Positions 46,965-56,540 of a stretch of DNA of 64,000 bases are shown piece by piece. The notes below the pieces were generated by a model. The model was not told the origin of the DNA. It worked only from the letters and a program-made list of their open reading frames with translations, and ran no database searches. Origin of the DNA: Planctomycetota bacterium (GTDB taxonomy: Bacteria > Planctomycetota > PLA2 > JAEUHO01). Each line of letters starts with the position of its first letter. Position 1 is the first letter of the stretch. Made by a program: the position numbers and the translations under genes. The DNA lies in assembly GCA_050248855.1 (NCBI GenBank), contig JBFWRP010000002.1, forward strand, positions 96,001 to 160,000, read 5' to 3'.

Positions 46965-48473
46965 TCAGCGAAGTGCCGGATGGCCGCGCAGCCAGCGGCG
47001 CACCCGCCGGGCGAGCGTCTCCGCGTCCATCTGCAAGACGTCACGAAAGATCGCGTCGGCGTCGTGGCTCGTGCAGCACGCCTTGGCCATCGCATCGACG
47101 CACTCCGGCCGGCCCTCCAGCAGGTAGCCGGCCAGGGCCCAGGCGACGACGATGTCCGTGGAGGTCAAGGCGTTCGTGCGTGCCGTCATCAGGCGCCGGA
47201 GGCGCGCGGCGCCTTGGTCCCGAAGCAGCTTCTGGGCCACCTCCGACCACTCGGTCATGTCGTCGGAGAGCTCGATGTCCTTGGTCTCGGCGCCGGGGAG
47301 CTGCGTGTCGTCGGTGGTCAGCGTGCCGGGCAGTCGCGAGCGGGTCAGGTAGGTCGCCAGCCAGCGCTCGAGCCCGTAACGCATCCAGGCCACGGCGTGG
47401 GGTGGGTAGTCCCGCTCGACACGGTTCAGCCAGTTCCACGCGCAACGGCCCAGGGCGTAGCTGAGACCGCACGTGTTGCGTAGCGCGTCGTTGCCGTACC
47501 ACGCGACGACGAGGTCGTCGTCCAGCACCAGGGCGCCGAAGCTGCCGGCCCGCGCGATGTCCTCGGCGGACGCCGACCTGGGGTTCGCCTTCATCCAGTC
47601 CACGGCTTGATCCCGGTCCTGGAAGAGGATCAGCTCCGTCGGGAAGGTCGGCACCTTCTCGAGACCTAAGGCGCGGGCGCCCAGGTCGCTCCCCAAGACC
47701 ATCAGCCGCAAGGCGTTGGCGCCTTCGGTGTAGGTCCTGCGCAGCACGGGGATGCCGGGGGTCGTGGGCGCGGGCCTCGGGGCCTCGTAGACGCGGCGCG
47801 ACGTCCACGTGTGGACCGCGCCGGGGTTGCGGGCGTCACCCCAGGGCTCCGTCACGACCCCGCGGGCCAGCTGGACGGCGAGCTCGCGGGTGGGCTCGAG
47901 CAGCTCGGCGCGGATGTCCCGCGTCGAGGCGTGCTCGGGCATCTGCCACACGTCGTCGATCAGCTCGTCGCCCAGTGCCCTGCGCGCCGTCTCGTCGTGG
48001 GCGTCGGCCTCGACGATCTCCTCCATCACGTCGAGGCGCTGGGCGTCGGTCAGCTCGGGGTGGGCGGCCACGAGCGCGAGCAGCACGTCACGGAAGGTGG
48101 CGTGGGCTTCGTGGCGCTTGGCCTCTGCTTCGGGCAGGAGCGACTCGTCCTTGTCCGGGGGCGGCTCGTAGGGGTTGCTCGTGTCCCAGGTCTTGGTCTT
48201 GGCATCCCAGCGATGGCGCAGCGCGCTACGCGCTTGGCGGTTGCCGGGATCCTGCGCCAGGATCTCCCGCAACACGTCCACACGCCAGGTGAACAGCTTG
48301 TTGTCACGTGCCCAGGACGCCACGCGGTGCAGGTCCTTGACGAGCTGCTTGCGGGCCGCCTCGACCTGCTTGTCCACGGGCGAAGCCCGGTCGTCGGCGT
48401 GCGCGAACAGGCCCGAGACGAGCAGGAGACCGGCCAGACATGCTGCGCGTGCTGCGGCGCCTGCGTGATGCAT
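46965..48473 (-). CDS. Secreted hypothetical protein
   Basis: Signal peptide (FAHA); DPGNRQARSAL and ARRALG repeats; W..YGL. Confidence 0.7.
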   Translation of the reverse strand: MHHAGAAARAACLAGLLLVSGLFAHADDRASPVDKQVEAARKQLVKDLHRVASWARDNKLFTWRVDVLREILAQDPGNRQARSALRHRWDAKTKTWDTSNPYEPPPDKDESLLPEAEAKRHEAHATFRDVLLALVAAHPELTDAQRLDVMEEIVEADAHDETARRALGDELIDDVWQMPEHASTRDIRAELLEPTRELAVQLARGVVTEPWGDARNPGAVHTWTSRRVYEAPRPAPTTPGIPVLRRTYTEGANALRLMVLGSDLGARALGLEKVPTFPTELILFQDRDQAVDWMKANPRSASAEDIARAGSFGALVLDDDLVVAWYGNDALRNTCGLSYALGRCAWNWLNRVERDYPPHAVAWMRYGLERWLATYLTRSRLPGTLTTDDTQLPGAETKDIELSDDMTEWSEVAQKLLRDQGAARLRRLMTARTNALTSTDIVVAWALAGYLLEGRPECVDAMAKACCTSHDADAIFRDVLQMDAETLARRVRRWLRGHPALR

Positions 48474-48507
48474 CTGCTCCCCCTGTCGACCCCGCCGCAT
48501 CGTCGGC

Positions 48508-50622
48508 TCAGCAGTTCACGTCCAGCAACATCTGCACGTAGTCCTGGAACGCCGGGAAGCTGGCAAAGGCCGGGTCGGTCTGGAGCGCTTGGAGCTCGGT
48601 GCAGAACCACGGCCCGGCGATGGGGAAGGCCTCCGGGTGCGAGGGATCGCTGCACCAGATCAGGTAGGAGCAGAGGATCCAGAGGCGCTGCCGCATGCGA
48701 TTCAGCTCGCCCACGCGATCGTGCATGGGGCCGTCGCGGACGTCGCCGGCGAACTCGAGGCGCTTGTCCTCGAGCTGGGCTTCCTTGGCCGCACGCATGG
48801 CGCGTAGCGCCTCGAGCTCGGCCTCGAGCTGCGCTGCGGCCGCCTCGCAGTCCGCCCGGGCCTGCACTTCCGTGGGCGTGAGGATCGAGTCGTCGCGGTC
48901 GAAGAGGTAGTCGATGATGCGGTCGATCTCGTCCTGCGTGGCGTTCTCGAAGCCCTCCAGGGCCGGGATGAACAGCTCGAGCGCATCGCGTTGCAGGCCC
49001 TTCAGGCAGTCGGCGTACTGGGCCCAGGCTTGCGCGAAGACGGCGATCTCACCGGGCGTGAAGCCCTCGGCCGTCCGCCGTGCGGCCTCGTGCGCCTGGG
49101 CCTCAGCCACCGCCTGGTCCCAGGTGGCGCCGTCGGACAGGGCCGTGGCGATCCAGCGCTGGAAGTCGGTCTGCTCCTCGGGCGTGACGGGGATGACCGT
49201 GTTGTCCGGGAACACGACGGTGATCAGGCAGCTCGCGCGCACGCGGGACCAGAAGCCGCCGAGCGTGACGAGCTGGTCCCAGAGGGCGTTCGCCCACGGG
49301 ATCGTGGACACGACGAGCGGCTTGGCGGCCTCGACGGCCTCCCACGCGTCGTACGCGTCGCTCATCTGCTGCTCGAGGTCGTCGATGTCCTGTTGCAGCG
49401 CCTGCGCCGGACCGTTGCAGGCGTCGTAGGCCGCTTGCACGTCGGGATCGTGGAACGTCACGCCCTCGACCCACGCCCAGCGGAAGCCCCTCAGCGTCTC
49501 GCGGTCGGCGTTCCAGTCGTCAAGCCCCTGCTGCCAGCTGGCCTCGAGCGAGGTCTTCAGGGCCTCGATGGCGGGTCCCTCGAGGTCGCACCCGCTGGTC
49601 GGCTCGGGGGGCGTCCCGGTGGAGCCGTCGGTGGGGTCCGGCGGCAGGTCGGGCGGTTGCGGGGCCGGGAAGGGCCACGGGCGCACGGGCGGGGGCGTGA
49701 ACGTGCCGCCGGGGAACAGCGGCGGGTCGGGATCCGGGATGATCGTAGGGGGCGGGTCATCCTTCGTCGGGGGCGGCAAGGGCTCTTCGGGCGGCTTGTC
49801 CGGGATCCACGGCAGGAGACCGCGCACGAAGACGACGTGGGGAGCGGCCGTCCCGCAGGCTGCAAGGCGCGCCAGATGCCAGCGGCCGTCCTGCAGGCGG
49901 TCCACCACGAACGCCTCGTAGTGGAGGCGGTTGACGTCGCCGCGCAGGCACAGGTCCCAGGTGCTGCCCACAGCCGGCGCACCCGCCGCGAAGAGGGCCA
50001 CGAGCTGGTCGACGTGGGGATCGTGCAAGCGGGGCAGCTGGTCGAGGGGCAGCGCGTGCGCGTGCACCTCGGTCACGGTCTTCGCGTCGAGGTCGATGAC
50101 GAGGACGTAATGCACCTCGTGGAACACGAGGCCGGCGTGGTTCACCGTCGGCAGGAAGTCGCGCGCGAGGAACACGCGGTTGCCGGCGCCGGTGCCCGCG
50201 TCGATCTGCGTGCGAACCGAGGCATCGGTCTCGCGCGCCAGGACCTGGTCGAGGATCAGCGTGTACAGCCCCGGATCCTCGTCGCGGATGACGGTGAGAT
50301 TGAACAGGTTGGGCCAGACGTGGAAGACTTCGTAGCGCAGGACGTCGTTGTCCGGATGCACGAAGGGGGCGTTCATGTCCGCCACCTTGGCCGGCGCGTT
50401 CTCGATCAGCGTCCGCACGAACGCCGTGGGCCAGCTGCTGGACGTGGCGATCTCGTAGGCAACGTCCGTCAGGAGGTGGCCGATGCCTGCGCTGAAGGGA
50501 TGAAGCGCTGCGGCGCGCGGCTCGGCGGCCGGCGCCTTGCGACCTCCGCCCCCGCCGCAGGCGACCAGCGCGGCCAGGCTGGCAAGAACGACGAGGCAGC
50601 GGACGGCCTTCGCGTGACGCAC
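48508..50622 (-). CDS. Lipoprotein, hypothetical: globular domain, Pro-rich linker, helical coiled-coil domain
   Basis: Lipobox LVAC plus GGGG; GGAG RBS. Confidence 0.75.
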   Translation of the reverse strand: MRHAKAVRCLVVLASLAALVACGGGGGRKAPAAEPRAAALHPFSAGIGHLLTDVAYEIATSSSWPTAFVRTLIENAPAKVADMNAPFVHPDNDVLRYEVFHVWPNLFNLTVIRDEDPGLYTLILDQVLARETDASVRTQIDAGTGAGNRVFLARDFLPTVNHAGLVFHEVHYVLVIDLDAKTVTEVHAHALPLDQLPRLHDPHVDQLVALFAAGAPAVGSTWDLCLRGDVNRLHYEAFVVDRLQDGRWHLARLAACGTAAPHVVFVRGLLPWIPDKPPEEPLPPPTKDDPPPTIIPDPDPPLFPGGTFTPPPVRPWPFPAPQPPDLPPDPTDGSTGTPPEPTSGCDLEGPAIEALKTSLEASWQQGLDDWNADRETLRGFRWAWVEGVTFHDPDVQAAYDACNGPAQALQQDIDDLEQQMSDAYDAWEAVEAAKPLVVSTIPWANALWDQLVTLGGFWSRVRASCLITVVFPDNTVIPVTPEEQTDFQRWIATALSDGATWDQAVAEAQAHEAARRTAEGFTPGEIAVFAQAWAQYADCLKGLQRDALELFIPALEGFENATQDEIDRIIDYLFDRDDSILTPTEVQARADCEAAAAQLEAELEALRAMRAAKEAQLEDKRLEFAGDVRDGPMHDRVGELNRMRQRLWILCSYLIWCSDPSHPEAFPIAGPWFCTELQALQTDPAFASFPAFQDYVQMLLDVNC

Positions 50623-50709
50623 AGGCGATCTCCGTTCGCCGTGCAGGGTGGCACATCGGGGTGGCCGGGGCCAGAGCCCGCTCGCCCTCGCGGCTGTGCA
50701 CCCCCGGGA

Positions 50710-52992
50710 TCAGGGTCCCTGGAGCTTGCCTTGGGTCTTCAGGTGCTCGAGAAGCGTCAGTAGGGCCTTGGGGGCATTCGTGGGCGCCGGGGCGCCGGCT
50801 TGGTCGACCTGGTTGAGGCCGTGGCACGAGGTGCAGACGCGCACTTCGCCCGGCTGGAACGTCACCCAGTAGCGCTCTTGCACCACCGGCGTGCCCGCAT
50901 CGTCCACGAGCTGCCACGACACGGCGCGGCGGGCGGGAACGAGCGCCGCCATCGAGCCGTCGTCGGCGATCTCGACGCTGCCCTCGGGGGCGTTGGCGTC
51001 GGCCGGCGGGGGATGGTCGACGGCGGGGTCGTGGAGGAATCGCGCCAGGACCCGCCGGCCGGGACGCGGCGTGCCCTGGTTCATGCCGATCCCCCGGATC
51101 ATGTCGCCCTGCACGATCTGCAGGTACGAGACGTCGTACACCTTGCCGCCGGCCCCGAGGGTGGCGTGGGGGGTGCCCGTCACCTGCAGGTTGAACGGCT
51201 GCTGGCGGTCGATGCGGTCGCGCGTCGTCACGTCGCGGCTGACGATCAGGGCCAGGTCGTTGTCCTCGAGGAACGCCTTGAGCGTCTGCACCGTGATGCC
51301 TGCGTCGGCGAGCATCTCCGCCTCGGGCGCGGGCAGTGCCCCCTCCGCCGTGTACGGCGGCACGGGGCGCGCCACCACCTCGACGGGATCCAGCTCCCAC
51401 AGCGTGCCTGACCACGTGGCGTGCACGTCGGGCGTCCACCATGACACCGAGGCGTCGATGCCTGACGTCAGCGGTGCCCCGGCCACGAACAGGTCGCCGC
51501 TGGGCACCAGGTGCTTGAGGCGGAACGTGTAGCGCGAGGTGGGGGAGGCCGTGGTGCCGTCGTTGGCGTCCTGCCCGCGGTAGGGGCTGTGGGCGGCGAG
51601 CAGCGACCCGTCCGCCAGGGCGATCGGGTTGCGGTAGCGTCCCGAGTGGTTCGGCGTCACGGTGTCCCCCGCCGTGTCGGGGTGGGTGATGTCCGCGATC
51701 GTCACCGCGTCGGCGTTCGTGCCCACGGCGGCCGACAGGCGCATGACGCGGCCCGAGGCGTGGAAGCCGAACTCGGGGCCGTCCACGCCCAGGTAGGTGC
51801 CCGGCTGCGACGGGTCTTCGCGGATCTGGAAGAAGCCCTGCGTGTAGCGCACGTCGTTGGCCGTGTGCGGGTTGATGCCGACGAACTCCACGAGGTTCGG
51901 GTCGTCGTCGAAGCTGCGGTCGATGTAGCCCGCGAGCTCCTGACGGCCGGCGTGATTGAGCGTCTCCTCGTCCGTGCCGTCCTGGTGGATCGCCCACGGC
52001 TGCATCAGGTTGAAGGCGATGCCCCGGAGGTTGGGCGCCCAGCCCGCGAGATCGCCGCTGTAGCCCGGGTTGTCGTCGACGAACGAGATCCAGCCGCTGC
52101 GCGGATGCGGGAAGACCTCCGTGGTGGTGGTCAGGGCCGCCGCGCCGGCGCTCTCGTCGGCGTAGTCGAACGTGCCGTAGGTCGCCGCGCCCTGGCGGTC
52201 CGCATCGGCCTGCTGGTCACGCAGCAAGTGGTCCCAGCGCACGAAGACCACGCGCCCCGCGCTGTCCACGCTCGGCGAGAACGAGCCGCTTGGCGAGTGC
52301 TGCAGGAGGAACAGGTCGCCCGTGGCAGGATCGAGGCTGTACAGGCCCACCACGACGGGAGCCGACTCGTACTCGTCGCGCTGCGGGTAGAGGTGCGCCG
52401 CGCCGTTGTGCGGGCGGTCCGACGTGAACAGGATCCGCCCGTCGCTCCCGTAGCAGGGGCTCACGTTGTTGTAGGCAGGCTGGTGGGCGACCTTGGTGAT
52501 GACGGCCGTCTGGCCGGCGCCGAAACCGCTGACCTCGTACAGCTGCCAGTGGAACGTGGCCACCTGGTACTGCTGCGTCGGAGCGCCGACGACCATCGCG
52601 AACACGGCCTTCGTCCCGCTCCAGTGCACGCAGGGCTCGCGAACGGCGATCGCGTTCGCGCCCTGCTGGCCGGACTCGCCGTAGCCGGCCTCGGCCGTGA
52701 GGTTGCGCAGCGTCCCGTCCGCCTGGCGCAGCATGAGACCGCCACCGCGCGGGCAGGCCTCCATGCTCGGCACGTGGTTGCCGAACGTCTCGACGATGGT
52801 GCCGAACCCACCTGCGACGGGCACTTGGGTCACGAAGAGGATCGGGTTGGCCGTCGGGGGACCGCCGAGCGGCGGGCTTTCCCCTGTCCCCGGTCCATCG
52901 CTGCCGCCGCAGGCGGCGAGGGCCAGCGCGGCCGAGACCAACAACGAGCGCAGCGTGCGAGGAGGCAAGCCGATCCCCCGGTCCACCGACAC
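50710..52992 (-). CDS. HzsA-related beta-propeller lipoprotein with C-terminal CxxCH
   Basis: LAAC lipobox; VREP.VHW, DGRILFTSDRP, RWDHL, DGSMAALVPARR, FQPGEVRVCTSCHG. Confidence 0.8.
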   Translation of the reverse strand: MSVDRGIGLPPRTLRSLLVSAALALAACGGSDGPGTGESPPLGGPPTANPILFVTQVPVAGGFGTIVETFGNHVPSMEACPRGGGLMLRQADGTLRNLTAEAGYGESGQQGANAIAVREPCVHWSGTKAVFAMVVGAPTQQYQVATFHWQLYEVSGFGAGQTAVITKVAHQPAYNNVSPCYGSDGRILFTSDRPHNGAAHLYPQRDEYESAPVVVGLYSLDPATGDLFLLQHSPSGSFSPSVDSAGRVVFVRWDHLLRDQQADADRQGAATYGTFDYADESAGAAALTTTTEVFPHPRSGWISFVDDNPGYSGDLAGWAPNLRGIAFNLMQPWAIHQDGTDEETLNHAGRQELAGYIDRSFDDDPNLVEFVGINPHTANDVRYTQGFFQIREDPSQPGTYLGVDGPEFGFHASGRVMRLSAAVGTNADAVTIADITHPDTAGDTVTPNHSGRYRNPIALADGSLLAAHSPYRGQDANDGTTASPTSRYTFRLKHLVPSGDLFVAGAPLTSGIDASVSWWTPDVHATWSGTLWELDPVEVVARPVPPYTAEGALPAPEAEMLADAGITVQTLKAFLEDNDLALIVSRDVTTRDRIDRQQPFNLQVTGTPHATLGAGGKVYDVSYLQIVQGDMIRGIGMNQGTPRPGRRVLARFLHDPAVDHPPPADANAPEGSVEIADDGSMAALVPARRAVSWQLVDDAGTPVVQERYWVTFQPGEVRVCTSCHGLNQVDQAGAPAPTNAPKALLTLLEHLKTQGKLQGP

Positions 52993-53041
52993 CTCTTCTC
53001 GACCGGATGCGGCCTGGATCTTGAGCCGACGCGGAGACGGC

Positions 53042-54754
53042 TCAGGGAGCTTCGACGCGGATGCCCTCGGCCCCGGCGAAGTCGCGCTCGACGGAGCGCG
53101 CCTCGTAGCTCCAGTACTCGTGGCCCTTCTTGAACTCGGGCAGGGTGGCCACGGGGGACAAGACGTGACGACGGATGCCGGTGTAGGCCTTGTAGAGGCG
53201 GTCGACCCGCTTGAGCGTCGTGGGTCCCAGCGAGGCGTCGGCGAGGAGCTTGGGGGCGTGCTCGCGCACGTCGACGAGCAGGTAGCCGTCCATCCGCATC
53301 ATCAGCTCGTCGACATGCGATTGGGCGACATTGAGCCCGACCGCGGCCTCCTGCCCGGCGGCCACCGCGGACTGCATGGCGGTGAGGTAGATCGTGCTGG
53401 CCGTGTCGTAGCCCTTGAGCGCCATGAGCAGGCTGCGCGCGATCACGGCCAGCCGATGGCGTGACCCCAACCGGGCGCGCTCGGCTTCATCCACGGTCTT
53501 CGCGCGGGCCAGCGAGTCCTTCAGAAGGCCCAACGGGATGCAGAAGCCGAGGCCGTCCTTGGTCATGTCCTTGAGCGTGACCACGCCGATGACCTGGCCC
53601 ATCTCGTCGAAGACCGGTCCCCCGCTGTTGCCCGGGTTCACCGCCACGTCCATCTGCCAGTAGTCCTGGCCTTCGACCTGCACCTGCGTGCTCAACAGCC
53701 CTCGCGCCAGCGCGTTCTGCAGGATCTGCCCGTCGAGTGCGCCCGGACTGCCGATGACGGCTACCTCGGCCCCGCGCACGAACGGCTGGCGCGCCGCCAG
53801 CGCGAGCGGCGGCAAGTCGATCTGGATGTCCAGGAACGCGAGATCCAGCTCCGGGTCCACATAGCGCAGGCCCACGCCGTAGCTGCCGCGTAGCCGCTTC
53901 TCGGCGTCGGGGAACTGCAGGCGCACGTTGGCGATCAGCTCGTCCTCGATGACGTGTCGGTTGGTGGCGAGGATGCCGGGTGCCACGAGGAAGCCCGAGC
54001 CCGACCCACGGCGACCCTGCACGACGGCCACCGAAGGTGACGCGCGTTCGGCCAGCTGCTTCATCGAGAGCTTCTGCGGCGGGCTCGGTGCAGGCGGCGG
54101 CTTGGGCGTTGGCGCCGCGCCGGGGGGCGGCGCCGAGGGCGTGCTCCCTGGCGGCGCTGTCGTCGCGACAGGCGTCGGCTCGACGGGCGGGCTGGACGTC
54201 GAGCGGGTGGAGAGCACGAGACCGGCTGCCACCAACGCGAGGACGCCCACCACGAGCCCCAGCAAGACGGCCGGCTGCCGGGCCAGCTCGGCGGCCAGGC
54301 CCCGTCGCCGACCGCCTCGCTGCGGCGCGCTGCGTCCACGTCCCGCGTGCCGCATGGCCGCCCGTGTGGTGGCCGCCCGTGTGGTGGCCGCCCGTGTGGT
54401 CGGCACTGGCGTCGGTGCCGGAGGAGGAGGTGCGGGAGGCGGGGCGTCGAGCAAGCCACGAACGAGCCGCGCGGGCGTCCACGGGCCCGAGGTGCCACGC
54501 CGCACCAACATCTCCGGGGTGATGCGGCCCTCGTGGACGAACTGGCGCAGCTCGTCGGGTTCGAAGGGGCCCAGCTCGTGGGAGCCGACCTGCAAGCGCC
54601 AGACGGCGCTGGCCGAGGGCTTGGGCGCAACGTCCGCGGGCCAGAGCAGGAAGTGCTTGCCGCAGCGCGCGCAGAGGCGCTGGCGCCCGAGCTCGGCTGG
54701 CTGCGCCGTGCCTCGTTGGCCACACGTGCATTGCACGGGCACCGCTGCGGACAT
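53042..54754 (-). CDS. Zn-ribbon - GYF_2 - TM - trypsin-like (S1C) serine protease
   Basis: CTCG..CARC; GPF...L....GRI.P...V; TM; GSGF, TNRHV, DLAFL, NPGNSGGP; AGGAGG RBS. Confidence 0.88.
   Translation of the reverse strand: MSAAVPVQCTCGQRGTAQPAELGRQRLCARCGKHFLLWPADVAPKPSASAVWRLQVGSHELGPFEPDELRQFVHEGRITPEMLVRRGTSGPWTPARLVRGLLDAPPPAPPPPAPTPVPTTRAATTRAATTRAAMRHAGRGRSAPQRGGRRRGLAAELARQPAVLLGLVVGVLALVAAGLVLSTRSTSSPPVEPTPVATTAPPGSTPSAPPPGAAPTPKPPPAPSPPQKLSMKQLAERASPSVAVVQGRRGSGSGFLVAPGILATNRHVIEDELIANVRLQFPDAEKRLRGSYGVGLRYVDPELDLAFLDIQIDLPPLALAARQPFVRGAEVAVIGSPGALDGQILQNALARGLLSTQVQVEGQDYWQMDVAVNPGNSGGPVFDEMGQVIGVVTLKDMTKDGLGFCIPLGLLKDSLARAKTVDEAERARLGSRHRLAVIARSLLMALKGYDTASTIYLTAMQSAVAAGQEAAVGLNVAQSHVDELMMRMDGYLLVDVREHAPKLLADASLGPTTLKRVDRLYKAYTGIRRHVLSPVATLPEFKKGHEYWSYEARSVERDFAGAEGIRVEAP
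54356..54400. repeat. In-frame tandem repeat, 15 bp x3
   Basis: GGCCGCCCGTGTGGT three exact copies, encoding (TTRAA)3. Confidence 0.9.
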
Positions 54755-54796
54755 CCGCGTCCTCCTCCTGACCTCGCCGCGTCGCGCCTCGGCGGC

Positions 54797-56449
54797 CTAC
54801 TCGCCCTCGATCCGGATGCCGTCGGCCTCGAGCAGCTCGCGGCCGGCGGTGTTGGCCTCGTAGGCCCAGTGTTCCTGCCTGCGGTTGTAGTTGGAAAGCG
54901 TCGTGGGCGGGTCGGCGAGGTGGGCTCGAAGCCCCTCGTACGCCGCGTGCAGACGCTTCATGCGCCGGACCGTCAACGGGTGCAGCGACGGGCTGGCCAA
55001 CACCGTGTCGAGCTCCTCGGACATGCCGGCGGGCAGCTCTGCGTCGACCGCCTGGAGCTTGGCCTCCCGCTGCTCCTTGGCGGCGGCGAGACCCACGGCC
55101 GGCTCTTCGCCTCGGGCGATCGACTCCCGGATGGTGGCAAGCGTCTCCTGGCCCACCTCCCCGAGCGCCTTCGTGGCCCGCCAGATGCGACGAGCCAGAC
55201 GCGCAAGCCCATGGTGCACCGCGACACGTTGCCGCTCCTCCTCGGGGAGGGCCAGTGCGTGGTCGAGCGCGCTCTTGATCGAGCTCAAGGGAATGAACAC
55301 GCACTGCCCGCTCTCGGCGGCGGCCACGCACGTCACCATCCCGATGGCGTCGCCGCTCGTGTCCAGCACCGGGCAGCCCGAGCACGGGGAGTCGGCGGGG
55401 ATCTCGATCAGGTTGTGGGGCCGGCCTGCCACCAAGACGCGCGCGCGGCAGGCGCCCTTCGTGAGCAAGGGCGGACCTGCGGCCACGTCCGCGTCCGGCG
55501 GATAGGCGAGCAGGCCGACTTCGGTCCCCGGGGCCAGCGTGACCTTCGTGGCCAGCGAGATCGGCTGGCCGTCGCCGTCGAGGTCGAGGAAGGCGAGATC
55601 GAGCTCGGGGTCGACATAGAGCAGCGTGGGGGGAGGCGCGCCCGGTCCAGCCGGTTCGAGGCGCACGTCCTCCAGGCGTTCGTCGGCCAGCATGCGACGG
55701 CTCGTGGCCACGACACCCGGCGCCACCACGAAACCGGCGGCCTGCCCGTGACGGCCCTTGACGCGCACGACGGAGGCCGCAGCGCGAGCGGTGGCCTCGT
55801 CCAGCGCGCGCGGCGGCTCGCAGGGCGTCGTGGGGCCGTCCCCCGCCGTGCCGTCCGCCGCCACGGGCAGGGGTGCGCCCTCGCCCTCCCCGCTGCCCGA
55901 GCGCAGCGCGGCCCACGCACCCAACCCCACGCCCACGATCGCCACGGCCACGACGACGGCCAGCACCGTGGTGCGGCGCGAGCGAGGGGCGGTCGCGACC
56001 GCGGCCGGGCGGGCGGAGCGCCGCCGTGTTCGGGCGCGCGTCCCGCCGGGGGGCAGCGGCGCCACGACGGGCACCGGCTCGGCGATCGGCGCGGCGACCG
56101 GCAGCGGGGCGGCGACGGGCGTGGCCACGACGGGGGCATCGCGATCGACCAAGCCGGCTTCCGCCGCGGCGATCCAAGGGTCCTCGCGGTCGCGTCGCAC
56201 CTGCGTGTCGCGCTGCACGCGGCCTTCCGCGACCAAGCGGTCGATCTCGGCCCGGTGGAACGGCCCCAGCTCGTGGTCGCCGACGCGGACGAACCAGGTG
56301 GGCGGCGCCGAGCGGCGGACGTCCTCTTCCCGCGGCCAGGCCAGGAACGAGCGTCCGCAGGCCTCGCAGATACGCGGGTGCCCGAGCTCGGTCGGGGCGA
56401 CCGAGATCAGCTCTCCACAGCGGCACTCAACCGGTACCGCGCCGGTCAT
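54797..56449 (-). CDS. Paralogous Zn-ribbon - GYF_2 - TM - trypsin-like protein, probably inactive
   Basis: Same architecture; TNRHV replaced by TSRRM and PGNSGGP by SPCSGCP. Confidence 0.85.
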   Translation of the reverse strand: MTGAVPVECRCGELISVAPTELGHPRICEACGRSFLAWPREEDVRRSAPPTWFVRVGDHELGPFHRAEIDRLVAEGRVQRDTQVRRDREDPWIAAAEAGLVDRDAPVVATPVAAPLPVAAPIAEPVPVVAPLPPGGTRARTRRRSARPAAVATAPRSRRTTVLAVVVAVAIVGVGLGAWAALRSGSGEGEGAPLPVAADGTAGDGPTTPCEPPRALDEATARAAASVVRVKGRHGQAAGFVVAPGVVATSRRMLADERLEDVRLEPAGPGAPPPTLLYVDPELDLAFLDLDGDGQPISLATKVTLAPGTEVGLLAYPPDADVAAGPPLLTKGACRARVLVAGRPHNLIEIPADSPCSGCPVLDTSGDAIGMVTCVAAAESGQCVFIPLSSIKSALDHALALPEEERQRVAVHHGLARLARRIWRATKALGEVGQETLATIRESIARGEEPAVGLAAAKEQREAKLQAVDAELPAGMSEELDTVLASPSLHPLTVRRMKRLHAAYEGLRAHLADPPTTLSNYNRRQEHWAYEANTAGRELLEADGIRIEGE

Positions 56450-56540
56450 GCGAGGCTCCTTCCCCGTTGCGAGCATCCGCAGCGCAGCCCCAAGATAGGG
56501 AGAAGGAGGCGGCCTGCCCAGGGGGTGGGTCAGGAGGCAC

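Noticed and set aside
50710..52992. Anammox hydrazine synthase
   Set aside because: No hzsB/hzsC or hydrazine dehydrogenase nearby; HzsA-related domains are widespread outside anammox bacteria
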